Shown: positions 10,687 to 22,914, counted from the first letter of the whole stretch. The stretch: DNA of 61,664 nt, filler included, from Bradymonadales bacterium (GCA_007693605.1; 4 parts of 4 records of this genome joined end to end with filler, not necessarily neighbours in it), one strand, 5' to 3'. The notes: a model not told the origin generated them from the letters alone. A program made the numbers and translations.

Positions 10687-11352
10687 CTAGCCCACCAAAT
10701 ATAGGAGGGGAAACAAATAAATCCAAACCAGGTCAACAAAGTGCCAATAGAGCCCGGTCATCTCTAGGGGGGTATAATACTTCGGCCCCAGCTCTCGCCG
10801 TTTTGCCTTTAACAGGAGCCATGCAAACAGACCTATTCCCACAGCCACATGAAGAGCGTGTAAACCCGTCATCATGAAATACAAGCTGTAGAACAGGGGG
10901 GCTTGGGGCGCGGCTTCCACTAGAGCGGCGTTGTTCATCCAAGCCCCAGGCAAAACACCGTCAGCAATCTTGGACGAATACTCAATGGCCTTTACGATCA
11001 TAAAACCGAAGCCACAGATAATGGTATAGATCAAATTCTCAATCAGGCCTTCGTTGTTCCCTCTCTGAGCCGCGACAACCGCCCTCACTACCGTAAAACT
11101 ACTGACAATCAAAATTACCGTATTGACGGCTCCCAGCTTCCAATCGAGCTTGGCCGCTGAATATTGAAAATCTTCAAAATAGATAAATTTAAAAGTGAAA
11201 TAGGCTACAAAGAGTGGGGCAAAAAACAGGATCTCCTGCAACATAAACAGCCACATCCCATTCTTCACCGTGAAGAACTCGTGGTCGGCATCTTTGAAGT
11301 GATGCGCAGGATGGTGTTCTTTAAAGCCTTCTGTGTCGACTGACCCTGCCAT
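10687..11352 (-). CDS. ctaE: Cytochrome c oxidase subunit III
   Basis: [47 protein letters not shown]. Confidence 0.95.
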   Translation of the reverse strand: MAGSVDTEGFKEHHPAHHFKDADHEFFTVKNGMWLFMLQEILFFAPLFVAYFTFKFIYFEDFQYSAAKLDWKLGAVNTVILIVSSFTVVRAVVAAQRGNNEGLIENLIYTIICGFGFMIVKAIEYSSKIADGVLPGAWMNNAALVEAAPQAPLFYSLYFMMTGLHALHVAVGIGLFAWLLLKAKRRELGPKYYTPLEMTGLYWHFVDLVWIYLFPLLYLVG

Positions 11353-11354
11353 CC

Positions 11355-12953
11355 CTAGACCCTTTCTCCCTTAAACTCATAAGGGCCATGTGTCACTACT
11401 GGATCAAAACGGAAGTTTTCTAGCGGCGGAGGAGATTCTGACTCCCACTCCAATGTAAGAGCCCGCCAAGGATTAGACCCAGCCTTCTTTCCAAAAAAGA
11501 AAGAGTGCGTGAGATAGCCCAGAGCGAGAAAAAACCCAAGGGCAATCACGAAAGATCCGATGGTCGAAAGCTGATTGAGCGCCGTAAACTCTGGAATATA
11601 GCTCCAGTAACGGCGGGGCATGCCTTGAATCCCTAAAATGAACTGTGGGAAAAAGGTCACATTAAAACCGATCAGAATCAATACCGCCGAAAGTTTTGCT
11701 AAAAAGCTGTTGAACATTTTTCCGAAAAATTTGGGCCACCAGTAGTGAAGGCCTGCCATGAAGCCAAAAAGAGTTCCGCCCACCATGACGTAGTGAAAAT
11801 GGGCCACCACATAGTAGGTGTCATGAAAGTGGATGTCGGCGCCGAGGGTCGCAAGAACTACTCCTGTCAGCCCGCCGATTACAAAGACAAATAGAAAGGC
11901 AAAAGCATAAATCATGGGCGCATCGAAATGAATGCTCCCCTTATACATCGTTGCAATCCAACTAAAGACTTTAATACCCGTCGGCACGGCAACAAACATC
12001 GTGATCAAGGAAAACAACATATTTACGAGGGCGGTCTGTCCACTCGTGAACATATGATGCCCCCACACGGCAAAGGCGACCAGCGCGATGCCGAAGATCG
12101 CAGCCGCCATGGCTTTGTACCCGAAAATGGGTTTTCTCGAAAAGACCGGAATGACCTCATTGATGACTCCCATCGCTGGCAGAATCATGATGTAGACTGC
12201 TGGGTGAGAATAAAACCAAAAGAAATGCTGAAACAAAACGGGATCACCCCCAAGTGCGGGATCAAAAATTCCAACACCCGCCACTCGCTCTAAGGCCACT
12301 AAAGCCAAGGTCAAACCCAAAACCGGAGTCGCCAAGACCTGAATCACGCTGGTCGCATAAATAGCCCAGACGAAGAGTGGAAGCTGCCCCCAACCTTGAC
12401 CCGGTGCACGCAATTTATGAACCGTCGCCATAAAATTCAAGCCGGTAAATATGGAAGAAAAACCCGCCACAAAGGCAGCGCACAGCATCAGAGTGGTCGC
12501 GGTTTGAGTTTGAGTCGAGTAAGGGGTGTAAAAGGTCCAACCCGTATCAACGCCTCCGAAAAACATCGTGGCCACTGCCATCACCGAAGCCGCCACAAAA
12601 ATATAGTAGGATGCCAGGTTCATTCGGGGGAATGCGACATCTTTCGCTCCCAACATGAGAGGCAACACAAAGTTTCCAATGGCCGCCGGAATCATTGGAA
12701 TGATTACTAAAAAGACCATGATCACCCCATGATAAGTAAAGGCCTGATTGTATTGATCTGCTGTCAGTAAATTTTGTTCGGGGGTGAACAGCTCTAGTCG
12801 AATCGTAAGCGCAAATACACCGCCCACAAAGAAGAAGAATAAAACCGATGCCAGATACATCATTCCGATTCGCTTATGATCAAGCGTAACCAGCCAGCTC
12901 ATAAGCCCCTTCGGATAGTTTAAATACGTGGTCCCTTCAGGACTGTGATGCAT
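11355..12953 (-). CDS. ctaD: Cytochrome c oxidase subunit I, A2-type
   Basis: [35 protein letters not shown] (YS motif of type A2), VWGHHMF, VVAHFHY, GMPRRY. Confidence 0.98.
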   Translation of the reverse strand: MHHSPEGTTYLNYPKGLMSWLVTLDHKRIGMMYLASVLFFFFVGGVFALTIRLELFTPEQNLLTADQYNQAFTYHGVIMVFLVIIPMIPAAIGNFVLPLMLGAKDVAFPRMNLASYYIFVAASVMAVATMFFGGVDTGWTFYTPYSTQTQTATTLMLCAAFVAGFSSIFTGLNFMATVHKLRAPGQGWGQLPLFVWAIYATSVIQVLATPVLGLTLALVALERVAGVGIFDPALGGDPVLFQHFFWFYSHPAVYIMILPAMGVINEVIPVFSRKPIFGYKAMAAAIFGIALVAFAVWGHHMFTSGQTALVNMLFSLITMFVAVPTGIKVFSWIATMYKGSIHFDAPMIYAFAFLFVFVIGGLTGVVLATLGADIHFHDTYYVVAHFHYVMVGGTLFGFMAGLHYWWPKFFGKMFNSFLAKLSAVLILIGFNVTFFPQFILGIQGMPRRYWSYIPEFTALNQLSTIGSFVIALGFFLALGYLTHSFFFGKKAGSNPWRALTLEWESESPPPLENFRFDPVVTHGPYEFKGERV

Positions 12954-12956
12954 AAC

Positions 12957-14027
12957 TTACTCCTCAGTCATCCGTTGCGCGGTGGTCGATCCCTGTAAGC
13001 TCTTGATGTAGGCGATCAACGCATTCAAATCCAGCTCAGAAAGTCTTCCGGGGTAGGGAGGCATCACCGCATGCTCAAAACCTCTTACAATTTGTGCACG
13101 GGGATTCTCAATCTGTCCCCTGATATAATTCTCGTCTCGAACGAGTATGCGACCATCCGATAGCTCGACCTCTTCGCCAAAAATGCCCAAAAAGCTCGGA
13201 CCAATACCCATTGTGCCATCACTACTGTGGCAAGCCACACAACCCTGTCGTCGATGCAGCTCTTGGCCTCGATCAATCAAGGACTTTTGATCTAAATGAG
13301 CCGTCTGAACCTGAAAAGCAGCCTCTCGGCCCTGTGAAGCCGTGAGCATTCTTTCTCTCTTTCCTCCGATTCCAACCCAGTCTGGCATATCGATGGCCTT
13401 GCCCCATCTCCAAAGTTGCCAGTCTTCCTCTTCTAGCACCACAACAGCCCCAATCATGATGGAATGTCCGGCTCCACAATACTCGGTACAGAAGAACTGG
13501 TGCCGCCCGGGAATGCGAGCCTCAAACCAGGTGGTGTTATAAATTCCAGGCACCACATCTTTCTTCAATCGAAAATTAGGTACAAAGAAGCTGTGGATCA
13601 CATCCCCTTCGGCCGCTGTCATGACCAGACGAACGGGTTTGTTTACCGGAACAAACAACAAATCGTTGGTTGTGCGCCCATCTTCGTACTGAAATGTCCA
13701 GCCCCAACTGCGAGCCATTACCTTCACTTCCATGGCGTTTGGCGGCGCGTTGATGACCAACTCCTTATAGACAATCCAGCCCCACGCAAATATCACCATG
13801 AGGATTACAGTCGGAACGGCGGTCCAAAAAATCTCTAGAGCATTGTTGTGTGAAATATAGGTCGGCTTATGGCCCGGCCGGGCCCGATACTTGATCGCGA
13901 ACACCACCATGGGCACAAAAACAACCAGAGAAAAGAAAACACAAACGCCTATCAAAAACCAATGCAGCTGATCCCAAGACTCAGCCGCAGCCGTTGCGGC
14001 AATAGGATAGCCCCCGAAATCCATCAT
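12957..14027 (-). CDS. ctaC: Cytochrome c oxidase subunit II with C-terminal cytochrome c (caa3)
   Basis: LEIFWT, DVIHSF, CuA motif CTEYCGAGHSIM, C-terminal CVACH and MPPY. Confidence 0.97.
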   Translation of the reverse strand: MMDFGGYPIAATAAAESWDQLHWFLIGVCVFFSLVVFVPMVVFAIKYRARPGHKPTYISHNNALEIFWTAVPTVILMVIFAWGWIVYKELVINAPPNAMEVKVMARSWGWTFQYEDGRTTNDLLFVPVNKPVRLVMTAAEGDVIHSFFVPNFRLKKDVVPGIYNTTWFEARIPGRHQFFCTEYCGAGHSIMIGAVVVLEEEDWQLWRWGKAIDMPDWVGIGGKRERMLTASQGREAAFQVQTAHLDQKSLIDRGQELHRRQGCVACHSSDGTMGIGPSFLGIFGEEVELSDGRILVRDENYIRGQIENPRAQIVRGFEHAVMPPYPGRLSELDLNALIAYIKSLQGSTTAQRMTEE

Positions 14028-14914
14028 GACTCTTCCCTCTTTTTAGGTTTTTTCTTCTCCCGCCTCCATGCGACAAGCATAAAAAACACCAAGACAGCCA
14101 AGGTGACCGCACCGCCCACGCGCATCAACCTCATCGCGTAGAAAGAATAACCTCCAGAATCTGGGTCATAACGGTAGCAGTACAGCAAAATTCGATCCAT
14201 CAAAGACCCGACACCACCCCTGGCTGCCTCAATCAAAGACAGTCGAAGATCTCTAGGATCATACTCCACTCCATAGAGCACTCTCGAAATCACTCCGGCG
14301 GGAGTCAGAACAAAGATGCCCGCGCTGTGGGCGTACTCTCTGGTCTCTTCGACGAAGCGATAACCAAAACCCAACTGGTTAGCCAAACTTCGAACTTGAT
14401 CTTCTTCTCCTGTCAAGAAGTGCCAACCTCTGGCTGCCTCAGGTCGACCAAACTCTCTGATATAGGTCTCTTTTTTTTCTGAAGCCAACAGATAGTCTTC
14501 GTCAGGATCAATGCTGATGGTCAGATGAATATACTCTCGGCCAGGCGTCCAATCTACTCTTCGAGTAGAATTCTTGACCCCATTCAGAACCAGGCCACAA
14601 AGACTCGGGCAGTTGAAGTAGACCATTGTGATCAGAATCGGCTTTCCCTGCCCAAAGTAGTATTCAAGATTTCGGGTTTCCCCAAACTCATCCACCAACT
14701 CAATGGCCCGAAAATCTACCCTCTCGCCGGTTCGATCGACGATCTCAATATCTTCAAGATTCTCGGGCGCCCGATGCACACCCAGACCAAAGCCCTCGGG
14801 CGCTGAGGCTCGACCATAACCCTGAGCTGCCAGTTCAAAAGAGCCCAGCGCCACCACCAGGAGGCCAAAGAAAGAACAAAAATTTCTAAGTCTTGTGCTC
14901 AATACCTTCCTCAC
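14024..14914 (-). CDS. SCO1/SenC copper chaperone
   Basis: Signal peptide, YFNCPSLC, WHFLTG, EYAH, C-terminal TM; lies between act and cta genes. Confidence 0.92.
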   Translation of the reverse strand: MRKVLSTRLRNFCSFFGLLVVALGSFELAAQGYGRASAPEGFGLGVHRAPENLEDIEIVDRTGERVDFRAIELVDEFGETRNLEYYFGQGKPILITMVYFNCPSLCGLVLNGVKNSTRRVDWTPGREYIHLTISIDPDEDYLLASEKKETYIREFGRPEAARGWHFLTGEEDQVRSLANQLGFGYRFVEETREYAHSAGIFVLTPAGVISRVLYGVEYDPRDLRLSLIEAARGGVGSLMDRILLYCYRYDPDSGGYSFYAMRLMRVGGAVTLAVLVFFMLVAWRREKKKPKKREES

Positions 14915-14940
14915 TTCTGGAGAGAAAACGCCACGACACG

Positions 14941-16176
14941 CTACTCGTGATGATGGATCGAATTCTGAATCTGAGGATCACGGATAGGAATTACCCGGAT
15001 CCTTTCGATTATAAGCCCCAGACATACAAAAAACAAGGAGAAGAAGCCCAAACCGACGAGTGCTTCCTGCCAGATCAAACCTCCATCGAAGACAGAGGCT
15101 GCGCTCACTGCCGCATCTGAATGATCAAAAAGTCGAAGAGCAGGCATAGCATTCCAGTAAAAGTCTAACCAATGCCCAAACAAAATCAGAACGCAAACCG
15201 GAAGGACGATCTTAAAATTCGTCTTATGGGCGTAAGGCAGCAAAATCAGAAACGGCAGGGCCCAGCGAACGACGGGCAAGATCCAAAATATGATATGCCA
15301 TGCCCCCTCAAAGCGCTCCTTATACCAAAAAGTCTCTTCTGGAATATCCGCATACCAAATCAGCATGAACTGACTGTAGACGATATAAGCCCAGAAAACC
15401 GAAAAGGCGAAGAGCATCTTCCCTAGATCATGAAAGTGCGCCCGATTGACCACGCCCGCAAAGATCCCCCTTCGATGCAGATACCAAACCACAAGATAAG
15501 CCACCGCCAAACCCGCCTGAAAAAAGGCCGCAAAATAGTAGACCCCGTAAATGGTCGAAAACCAATGAGGATCAAGAGACAAAAGAAGATCAAAGGCCAC
15601 CACGGTGACAGAAACTGCAAACAGAACCATAAAAATGGCGGAACTCACATAGTTCCTGGTTGAGTGAATCAGCTGCCCATCATGATCTTGTCGCAGGGAA
15701 TTGCGAACCAGATACCAGGAAGAACCCAGGAAGACCGCAAAGACGGCGATCAATCGAAATCCAAAGAATGTCTCATTTAAATAAATGGACTTCATTCGAA
15801 TCAACGGGTCAGTTGCCACGACTTCAGGATCCATCCACTCAAAAATTGAGTCTCTACCCAAAAACACGATGAAGGCCAGAAGGGCTGCCACCGGAAGCGT
15901 CATGGCTGAGGCCTCAAAAACGCGCCTCATGGCAATCATCCAGCGCGCTCTCACCAAATTGTTAATCAACAAAAAAAACAGGCCCGACAGCCCAAGTCCC
16001 AAGAAAATACAGGTCCCAATCAAAACATTGAGCCAAGCTCGATTCGCGTTTTCAAGGGAGATGAGATACAGACAAATCGCACCCACAGAAATGCTCGCCA
16101 AAAAACCTATCCACATCGGAAAGCTCATTTCAAAGGACTTCAACTCGATTTGCTTTTCGCCCACGACCTGACTCAC
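14941..16176 (-). CDS. actF: Alternative complex III membrane subunit ActF
   Basis: About 10 TM; SLDPHWFSTIYG, HFHDLGK, YSQFMLIWYADIPEETFWY; operon position. Confidence 0.92.
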   Translation of the reverse strand: MSQVVGEKQIELKSFEMSFPMWIGFLASISVGAICLYLISLENANRAWLNVLIGTCIFLGLGLSGLFFLLINNLVRARWMIAMRRVFEASAMTLPVAALLAFIVFLGRDSIFEWMDPEVVATDPLIRMKSIYLNETFFGFRLIAVFAVFLGSSWYLVRNSLRQDHDGQLIHSTRNYVSSAIFMVLFAVSVTVVAFDLLLSLDPHWFSTIYGVYYFAAFFQAGLAVAYLVVWYLHRRGIFAGVVNRAHFHDLGKMLFAFSVFWAYIVYSQFMLIWYADIPEETFWYKERFEGAWHIIFWILPVVRWALPFLILLPYAHKTNFKIVLPVCVLILFGHWLDFYWNAMPALRLFDHSDAAVSAASVFDGGLIWQEALVGLGFFSLFFVCLGLIIERIRVIPIRDPQIQNSIHHHE

Positions 16177-16793
16177 CGAATCCTCTCCTCAAACGCTTCT
16201 AAATCTTCTTCGCTGGGCTCATAGGCCAGTTGCAGCACCCTGACATAGTGAACGATCTTCCAGCGATCTTGCTCCCTCACCTGCTTTGCGTAAGAGTACA
16301 TTTGGTTCTGTCCCACAGTGATCACATGATAGATCTGACTGTCCGCCCATTCGTAAAGCTTCGGGGAAACCAAAACCGGAGGCCTCGGGTAGGGGGGCAC
16401 CACCGGACCGTCTCCCATTCCTGTAGCTCCGTGACAAATATAACAATGAGTGTCGTAGAGTTCTTTGCCTCTCATCACCACCTCTCGCGTCGCCGGAAGC
16501 GGGTTGTTAAAAGCACTCACATCTTCCGCGTTCACCACATCCCAATAAGGATAATTAGCGCCCGTCAAACCGGCTCGCGCCACCACTCCAGCGGGGGGCT
16601 GTCGTGAAGCTGCCCCGTCTTCAAAGAGTGGCGATGCCCTCTGCGGCTTCAAGACCGGAGTCCGGTGCATATCAGGCATATATTGCATCGGATTTTGAGA
16701 GTAGGGAAAGTAACCACTGTGGTTGACCACCCAGTAAATCAGAAGCAATGAGGCTACAAGACTGCCAACCAAAATCAGGCCTGTCCGATTCAT
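16173..16793 (-). CDS. actE: Alternative complex III monoheme cytochrome c ActE
   Basis: YMPDM, CYICHG..G.GDG, IYHVIT.G...M.SY, DRWKIVHYVR. Confidence 0.9.
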   Translation of the reverse strand: MNRTGLILVGSLVASLLLIYWVVNHSGYFPYSQNPMQYMPDMHRTPVLKPQRASPLFEDGAASRQPPAGVVARAGLTGANYPYWDVVNAEDVSAFNNPLPATREVVMRGKELYDTHCYICHGATGMGDGPVVPPYPRPPVLVSPKLYEWADSQIYHVITVGQNQMYSYAKQVREQDRWKIVHYVRVLQLAYEPSEEDLEAFEERIR

Positions 16794-17320
16794 AGACTCG
16801 CCTCCACTGCCTCAATCTCCTGAGCTTGAATCTCTTTCATAAACTGCTTCACGGCTTCTACTTGTTGCTCTCCTTCCACCTCGATGGCCAGTGCAAAGCG
16901 GTGCGAAGTCAGGTCCGGATGAAAGATCTTCTTATTAAAATTCGGAAGCCCCAACAAAGCGACGAACATAAAGGCCGTTGTCACCAAGCCGGTGATCAGA
17001 ATAGCCGTTTCAAATGTCACTGGAATATAGGCAGGCCAAGAGAACATCGGTTTTCCGGCAATATTAACTCGCCAAGAAAAGGAATGAGTCCAGGTTTGCA
17101 AGAGAAAGCCCCCAGACATTCCCGCCATAGCCGCAGCGAATGCCACATAGGGAAGTGGACTGCGCTTCAAGCCCATGGCCTGATCCATTCCGTGGACGGG
17201 AAAGGGCAGAAAGGTGTCAAACTTTTCGAACTTACGATCTCGAGTTTTCTTCGCCGCCTCTAAGATCGCCTCTGGGCTGAAAAAGTAGCCTACCACACAG
17301 GTCTTCATGCTCTTAGTCAT
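16790..17320 (-). CDS. actD: Alternative complex III subunit ActD (DUF3341)
   Basis: [30 protein letters not shown]; 2 TM. Confidence 0.93.
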   Translation of the reverse strand: MTKSMKTCVVGYFFSPEAILEAAKKTRDRKFEKFDTFLPFPVHGMDQAMGLKRSPLPYVAFAAAMAGMSGGFLLQTWTHSFSWRVNIAGKPMFSWPAYIPVTFETAILITGLVTTAFMFVALLGLPNFNKKIFHPDLTSHRFALAIEVEGEQQVEAVKQFMKEIQAQEIEAVEASL

Positions 17321-18686
17321 GCCGCCCTCCTTTTGAATCGGGGGATGGCATGACCGACTTCACTTCTGCCATGGCAATCATCGGCAAGAACCTCACAAAC
17401 AATAAAAAAAGTGTGAAGAACAAACCAAAGCTGCCCAACAGAACCCCGTAGTCCCAAGGCGAGAGCGCAAAATATCTCCAAGACGAAGGCAGAAAGTCTT
17501 GAGATAAGGATGTCACAACAATCACAAAGCGCTCGAACCACATTCCGATATTTACAAAAATTGAGAGTATAAACATCAATACGATGTTGCGTCGACACGC
17601 ACGAAACCAGAAGAACTGTGGGCTGACAACATTACAAGTCACCATGATCCAGTAAGCCCAGGCGTAGTATTCGCCCATGGCCCTCTCTATAAAAATAAAC
17701 CTCTCGTAGGGCACACCACTATACCAGGCGATAAAAAACTCAGTCGCGTAGGCAAGACCGACGAGCATCCCCGTTGCGAGGATCACCTTATTCATATTAT
17801 CGAGATGCTGCATGGTGATATACTCTTTGAGATTAAACACCTCCCGTGCAATCACCAGAAGAGTGATCACCATCGCAAAACCTGAAAAAATCGCTCCCGC
17901 AACAAAGTAAGGAGGGAAAATCGTGGTATGCCAGCCGGGTACAATCGCAATGGCGAAATCAAAAGAAACCACGGAATGAACCGACAAAACCAGGGGCGTT
18001 GCAATCCCTGCCAAAATCAAATAGCAAATCTCGTAATGAGACCAGCCTCGACCACTTCCGCGCCACCCGAGCGCCAACAGTCCATAAACTCTTTTACGAA
18101 ACCAATGCTTCGCACGATCTCTCACAGTCGCCAGGTCCGGAACAAGACCCGTGTACCAGAAGACCAAAGAAATCGTAAAATAGGTCGAGACAGCAAAAAC
18201 ATCCCATATTAAAGGAGAGCGAAAATTCACCCAAAGCGGCCCCATCTGGTTTGGATACGGAAACAGCCAGTAAATCGAATACCAGGGTCGGCCCGTATGA
18301 ATGAGAGGAAAAATTCCGGCGCAAATCACCGCGAAGATTGTCATTGCCTCAGCAGAGCGATTAATCGCTGTTCGCCAATTCTGTTTACAAAGAAAGAGAA
18401 TCGCCGAAATCAGAGTTCCCGCATGCCCAATGCCCACCCAGAATACAAAGGTGACAATCATCATCCCCCAATTGACGGGACTTCGAATGCCTGAAAGGCC
18501 AACACCCTTGATGAGCATATAGCCAATCAAGGCAAAGCCCATCATCATGATGGCTGAAGAAATACCAAAAGCCACATACCACTTTTTAGTCGGAAAAGAC
18601 TCTAAAACGCCGCAAACCTCATCGGTCACAGTCTGGTAGCTCTTATCCCCCAGAACGAGGGGTTCTTCTTTCAGCAACTCACTCAT
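17313..18686 (-). CDS. actC: Alternative complex III quinol-oxidising subunit ActC (NrfD family)
   Basis: [57 protein letters not shown]. Confidence 0.96.
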   Translation of the reverse strand: MSELLKEEPLVLGDKSYQTVTDEVCGVLESFPTKKWYVAFGISSAIMMMGFALIGYMLIKGVGLSGIRSPVNWGMMIVTFVFWVGIGHAGTLISAILFLCKQNWRTAINRSAEAMTIFAVICAGIFPLIHTGRPWYSIYWLFPYPNQMGPLWVNFRSPLIWDVFAVSTYFTISLVFWYTGLVPDLATVRDRAKHWFRKRVYGLLALGWRGSGRGWSHYEICYLILAGIATPLVLSVHSVVSFDFAIAIVPGWHTTIFPPYFVAGAIFSGFAMVITLLVIAREVFNLKEYITMQHLDNMNKVILATGMLVGLAYATEFFIAWYSGVPYERFIFIERAMGEYYAWAYWIMVTCNVVSPQFFWFRACRRNIVLMFILSIFVNIGMWFERFVIVVTSLSQDFLPSSWRYFALSPWDYGVLLGSFGLFFTLFLLFVRFLPMIAMAEVKSVMPSPDSKGGRHD

Positions 18687-21600
18687 GTTTCATTTCCCTT
18701 ATGCCGCACTCTAGGCAAATAGGTCACGGCTGGGTTCGTATTCAAAACAGATAAAACTTTAAAGCCTTGCGCGCGCTTCGAAGACTGGCTCACTCGAGAG
18801 TTTGGATCATTCAAGTCTCCAAACTCAATGGCGTCTGCAGGACAGGTCTGCTGACAAGCCGTCTTGATATGGCCGTCAGGGATTCGATGACGATAATTAT
18901 CCCCCATCTGGGCTTTGATCTCGTCGACCCCGTGGCGAATTCGCTGCACACAAAATGTGCACTTCTCCATGACGCCCCGACTCCGAACGGTGACATCCGG
19001 GTTCAGCATCAAAGACAAAGGCGATTCTTCGTTCACAGGCACGGTCTCGGCCAAGCGACTCGAGTAATCAAAGTAGTTAAAGCGGCGGACTTTGTAGGGG
19101 CAATTGTTCGCGCAATAGCGAGTTCCGACACAGCGATTGTAAATCATATCGTTCAAGCCGTCTGAACTGTGCACCGTGGCCAGGACCGGGCAAACCGTCT
19201 CACAAGGCGCCCGCTCGCAATGCTGACAAAGCATGGGTTGATACACTGCCTCGGGGGATTCTTCATTTCCCTGATAATAGAGATCGAGTCGAACCCAAGC
19301 CATATGCCGACCTTTTTCCACTTGATCTGGACCCACTACAGAAACATTGTTTTCAGAATAGCAAGCCACAACACAAGCCTGACAGCCCGTACACTTATTC
19401 AAATCAATCGTCATTCCCCATCGATGACCCGCATAGACATGATCGGGGTACATCGAGTGACTGGGATGGTCCATCGTCTTCAGCTCAACCTTTGCCGAGC
19501 GAGGATTCTTTTTGAACGCAGCAAGCGTGGTGTGCTGCAGAATATCGTAGTCGCGACCGTGTAAGTCAAAGTGGTGTTGGGTGGAGGCCAACTTGACATG
19601 ACGACTCGTTGGAGAAAAATCAATCCGCTGGCCACTGAACTGCGGCAGGCCATTTGAACTTCGGCGGCCCATCTGAAAAACATTAGACCCCCGTTGACTT
19701 CCAAGGCGCCCCGCCAGCCGTCGACCATAGCCGAAAGCCACCGCGACCGCAGCCTCTCTCATTCCGGGCTGGATCACAAGAGGCAGAGAAAGCTGTCGAT
19801 CGGCTAGACGAATATCAACCAGCTGCCCTTGCTTCAAGTTCTGGGCTTTTGCAAATGCGGGTGAAACGGCCGCATAGTTCGTCCAAACGACTTTGGTGAT
19901 CGGATCTGGCAACTCCTGCAACCAGGCGTTGTTTGCATGACGACCATCCCCCATCTGAATGCTCTCATAAGAGAAAAGCTCAATGCCCTCAGAATCCGAA
20001 AATTCATAGGCTCTCAAAAGGGCCGTTGCACCCGTCCAACGATAGCGGAAGGGGCTTCTGGGCGCTTCTCGCTCCCACACGCCCTTTTGAAGTTGAGAGC
20101 GCCACCAGTCTCGGAAATCTCTTGGGCCAGAATAAAAGTTCTCTCTCCAAGTCTTCTCCACTTCAAACCGATAGTCTTCCAATTTCCCGTCATTGACCCA
20201 AGCCGACAAAGCCTCTCCGAAGCTTCGACTATTAAACAAGGGATGAATGCTGGGCTGTTGAACAGAAACGAGACCCGTCAGACTCTCTTGATCGCCCCAA
20301 GCCTCTAGAAAATGGCTCTCGGGCAAAACCAAATCACAAAATTCAGAAGTCTCATCCTTCTGCGAAGTCAACTGAACCACAAGGTCTACGCCTTTAATAG
20401 CCCTCTCGATCTCCTGCCCGGGTCGTGAGTAAACTGGATTCTGACCCGCAACAATCAACACCTTTACTTGAGAGGCCGAACAGTCCGCAATCAGTTGGTC
20501 CAAGGTGATCGCGGGGTCTGAGATTTCTCGAATCTCTTGGCTGTCGCTAACGGTCACTCCCATATTTCCCAAGGCCTGGTTGATCGCAATTGCAAGAAGC
20601 TGAAGCTCCAAACTCTGAGGGCCAAAAAGTCCAGCGACCACCAGAGATCGGCCCCTTGCCGATGCGAGCGCCCTAGCTGTTTCTTGAATCAGCTCCGAAG
20701 ATACGCCCGTGATTTCTGCAGCTCTCTCTGCCGACCAGGCAGAGAAGACCGGCCGCAAGTCCGCCTCAAAACTAATCGTCTTGGCCAACTCCCCAGCAAC
20801 CCCCAGTAAAAGGGGAAGCTCATGAGAAGGCAAAATTGCCGCCCGATGGTCTGCGTGAACGCCGGTCGTGCTGAAGGGGGTTTCAAAGCAAAAGAGTCTC
20901 GCTGGATCTTCATCGTCCTCGTGAAGTCGCTTCCTCTTAGAGAACTGCTTTGCAAACTCAACGGGCCGAATCCATGTCCCCAGAAAATCAGCATTCACTG
21001 ACACCACCACATCGGCCAAATCAAAGCGATAAAAGGGGAGTCGCCTTTGGTCTGACAATAGCTCGTATGCTCGCGATATAGCCTCCGTCGGCAGAGCGCT
21101 ATAGCGATGAACTCTGGCAGAAAACTTCTGCTGAAAGTCTTCGAGCATTCGATCTAAAGTCGGGCTCTGAGAGCCCTCCATCAAAATTCGAACCTCTCCT
21201 GGTGAAGCCTCTTCAAGAGCTTTCAAAACCCTTTGATCCACCTCTTCCCAGCTCAAATCTTTTTGGGCCTTCCGATCGAAGGGCGCCTTCAAACGATCCG
21301 GGTTGTAAAGGTCGAGGGTGCTGGCCTGAGTTCTCGCATCCAGCGCTCCCTGATTGCCGGGGTGGTCGGGATTGCCCTCCACCTTGATCGGTCTTCCTTC
21401 TCTGGTTTTCACAAGAAGCCCAAGCCCCTGCGGACTCGAAGAGGCGTACCAAACCGGAACTCCGTAGGTATAGCCTTCAGGCTTATTCACGAAAGGCACC
21501 AGATAATCTTTGGGCCGCCTTTGACAAGCCACTGACGACATCAAGGCGGTGGCCGCAGCCCCCCACTGAAAAAACTGCCGACGGCTCAATTGATTGGCGG

Positions 21601-21787
21601 GTGTTTCAGGCACCTCTGAGACTTGATCTTTGGGAAGAACGACAAACTCTTGTGCAGCCCGCTGTAGCTTCTGATCGGCAGATTCTTCTCGCTCTTGAAC
21701 GCTCTTCCAAAGCTTCCGAGGAGTTTCGTTCAACAAAGCCTCTTGTGCCATTCGAAAAGATTTCAATTCTTTCTCAGAAGCATTCAT
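18683..21787 (-). CDS. actB: Alternative complex III subunit ActB (molybdopterin-oxidoreductase-like fold plus Fe-S domain)
   Basis: Tat signal SRRQFF...SVAC with lipidatable Cys, [25 protein letters not shown], four Cys clusters; start ATG 21787 preferred over 21889. Confidence 0.95.
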   Translation of the reverse strand: MNASEKELKSFRMAQEALLNETPRKLWKSVQEREESADQKLQRAAQEFVVLPKDQVSEVPETPANQLSRRQFFQWGAAATALMSSVACQRRPKDYLVPFVNKPEGYTYGVPVWYASSSPQGLGLLVKTREGRPIKVEGNPDHPGNQGALDARTQASTLDLYNPDRLKAPFDRKAQKDLSWEEVDQRVLKALEEASPGEVRILMEGSQSPTLDRMLEDFQQKFSARVHRYSALPTEAISRAYELLSDQRRLPFYRFDLADVVVSVNADFLGTWIRPVEFAKQFSKRKRLHEDDEDPARLFCFETPFSTTGVHADHRAAILPSHELPLLLGVAGELAKTISFEADLRPVFSAWSAERAAEITGVSSELIQETARALASARGRSLVVAGLFGPQSLELQLLAIAINQALGNMGVTVSDSQEIREISDPAITLDQLIADCSASQVKVLIVAGQNPVYSRPGQEIERAIKGVDLVVQLTSQKDETSEFCDLVLPESHFLEAWGDQESLTGLVSVQQPSIHPLFNSRSFGEALSAWVNDGKLEDYRFEVEKTWRENFYSGPRDFRDWWRSQLQKGVWEREAPRSPFRYRWTGATALLRAYEFSDSEGIELFSYESIQMGDGRHANNAWLQELPDPITKVVWTNYAAVSPAFAKAQNLKQGQLVDIRLADRQLSLPLVIQPGMREAAVAVAFGYGRRLAGRLGSQRGSNVFQMGRRSSNGLPQFSGQRIDFSPTSRHVKLASTQHHFDLHGRDYDILQHTTLAAFKKNPRSAKVELKTMDHPSHSMYPDHVYAGHRWGMTIDLNKCTGCQACVVACYSENNVSVVGPDQVEKGRHMAWVRLDLYYQGNEESPEAVYQPMLCQHCERAPCETVCPVLATVHSSDGLNDMIYNRCVGTRYCANNCPYKVRRFNYFDYSSRLAETVPVNEESPLSLMLNPDVTVRSRGVMEKCTFCVQRIRHGVDEIKAQMGDNYRHRIPDGHIKTACQQTCPADAIEFGDLNDPNSRVSQSSKRAQGFKVLSVLNTNPAVTYLPRVRHKGNET

Positions 21788-21789
21788 TC

Positions 21790-21969
21790 TCAAACTTCTC
21801 TCTTTCCGGTCTGATTGGAAGCCCTGGCCACCGAGGAGCTCGCGGGCCGAAACTGGCGCCTTTGCGAAGGCCTTCCCTTGCCAACCCAAGAAAGCCCGCC
21901 CACGATCAAAGCGGCTCCCGTGAGCATCTTAAAAAGCTTTGATCGATCTTCTGACGGCTTTTCTTTCAC
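21790..21969 (-). CDS. Unannotated 59-aa ORF with one hydrophobic segment, between actA and actB
   Basis: GTG 21969 after AAGGGAG; reads MKEKPSEDRSKLFKMLTGAALIVGGLSWVGKGRPSQRRQFRPASSSVARASNQTGKREV; TGA ends 2 nt before the actB ATG. Confidence 0.55.
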   Translation of the reverse strand: MKEKPSEDRSKLFKMLTGAALIVGGLSWVGKGRPSQRRQFRPASSSVARASNQTGKREV

Positions 21970-21990
21970 TCTGTCTTGCTCCCTTTCATC

Positions 21991-22632
21991 TCAATAGTGA
22001 CATGTTGAGCAGCTCACATCCGCATTGTGAATCTGCTTTTGCCCAATCCATTCGTGCCATCGAGGTCGAGGACCTCCCAACAGCTCTATTTCTTCCTCTA
22101 AAAGCGCGACCCTAGAGTCAGTGAGATAATCATCATTTCGATGACAGTCCATACACCAGCCCATGCTCAAAGCCGCCCACTGATAAACCACTTCCATCTC
22201 TTCGACCGGCCCGTGACAGGTTTCACAAGCCACCCCTGCCGCGACATGAGCTCGATGATTAAAATGCACGAAATCCGGCAAAACATGCACTTTTACCCAG
22301 GGAATCGGAATCTGTTTTTCATAGTGCTCGGTCAACTTCTGAATGTAGGGGCTGTCTAAAGCCACCGCATTGTGACAACTCATACAAGTATCGAGGCCTG
22401 GCGCCGCCGAAAAAGCGGCATATTCAGCAGAGGGATGGCAATAGAGGCAGGGAATCTGGTACTCGCCGGCATGAAGAGCGTGACTAAAGGGAATGGGTTG
22501 GACTGGCGCGTAACCCTGGTACCACCGAGGACCATAGGCCAAGTGCAAGGCGATCAGACTGCCCACAACGAAAAGACCAAAGCCCACTAGCAAAAGCTTT
22601 GCTAAATTATCAGAACCCTGTTCTTCACTCAT
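21991..22632 (-). CDS. actA: Alternative complex III pentaheme cytochrome c ActA
   Basis: N-terminal TM, GYAPVQPIPFSH..H, five CxxCH (CLYCH, CMSCH, CETCH, CMDCH, CSTCH). Confidence 0.95.
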   Translation of the reverse strand: MSEEQGSDNLAKLLLVGFGLFVVGSLIALHLAYGPRWYQGYAPVQPIPFSHALHAGEYQIPCLYCHPSAEYAAFSAAPGLDTCMSCHNAVALDSPYIQKLTEHYEKQIPIPWVKVHVLPDFVHFNHRAHVAAGVACETCHGPVEEMEVVYQWAALSMGWCMDCHRNDDYLTDSRVALLEEEIELLGGPRPRWHEWIGQKQIHNADVSCSTCHY

Positions 22633-22914
22633 TAAAAACTTCTTCCCAAGCTATTCACTCGAAACAAAAATAAACAAGACGAAGAGGACGCCACAAGGGG
22701 GCGCGGCCTACATTCACCCGCACGCTTCTTTACTTTAGGTGTAGACATTCGCTTTCATCAAGTCAGAAAGTCGTTATTCGACGCAGAAGCTCCCGCAAAA
22801 GCTCACAAATTTCAGAGATTGAATCTCAGCTCGAAGAGGAGAAAGCCAGACAGAAATGTTTCGGCACAAAAAATGAGTAAAAATTACACAGATTCACAAT
22901 CGTCGGCTATTAGT

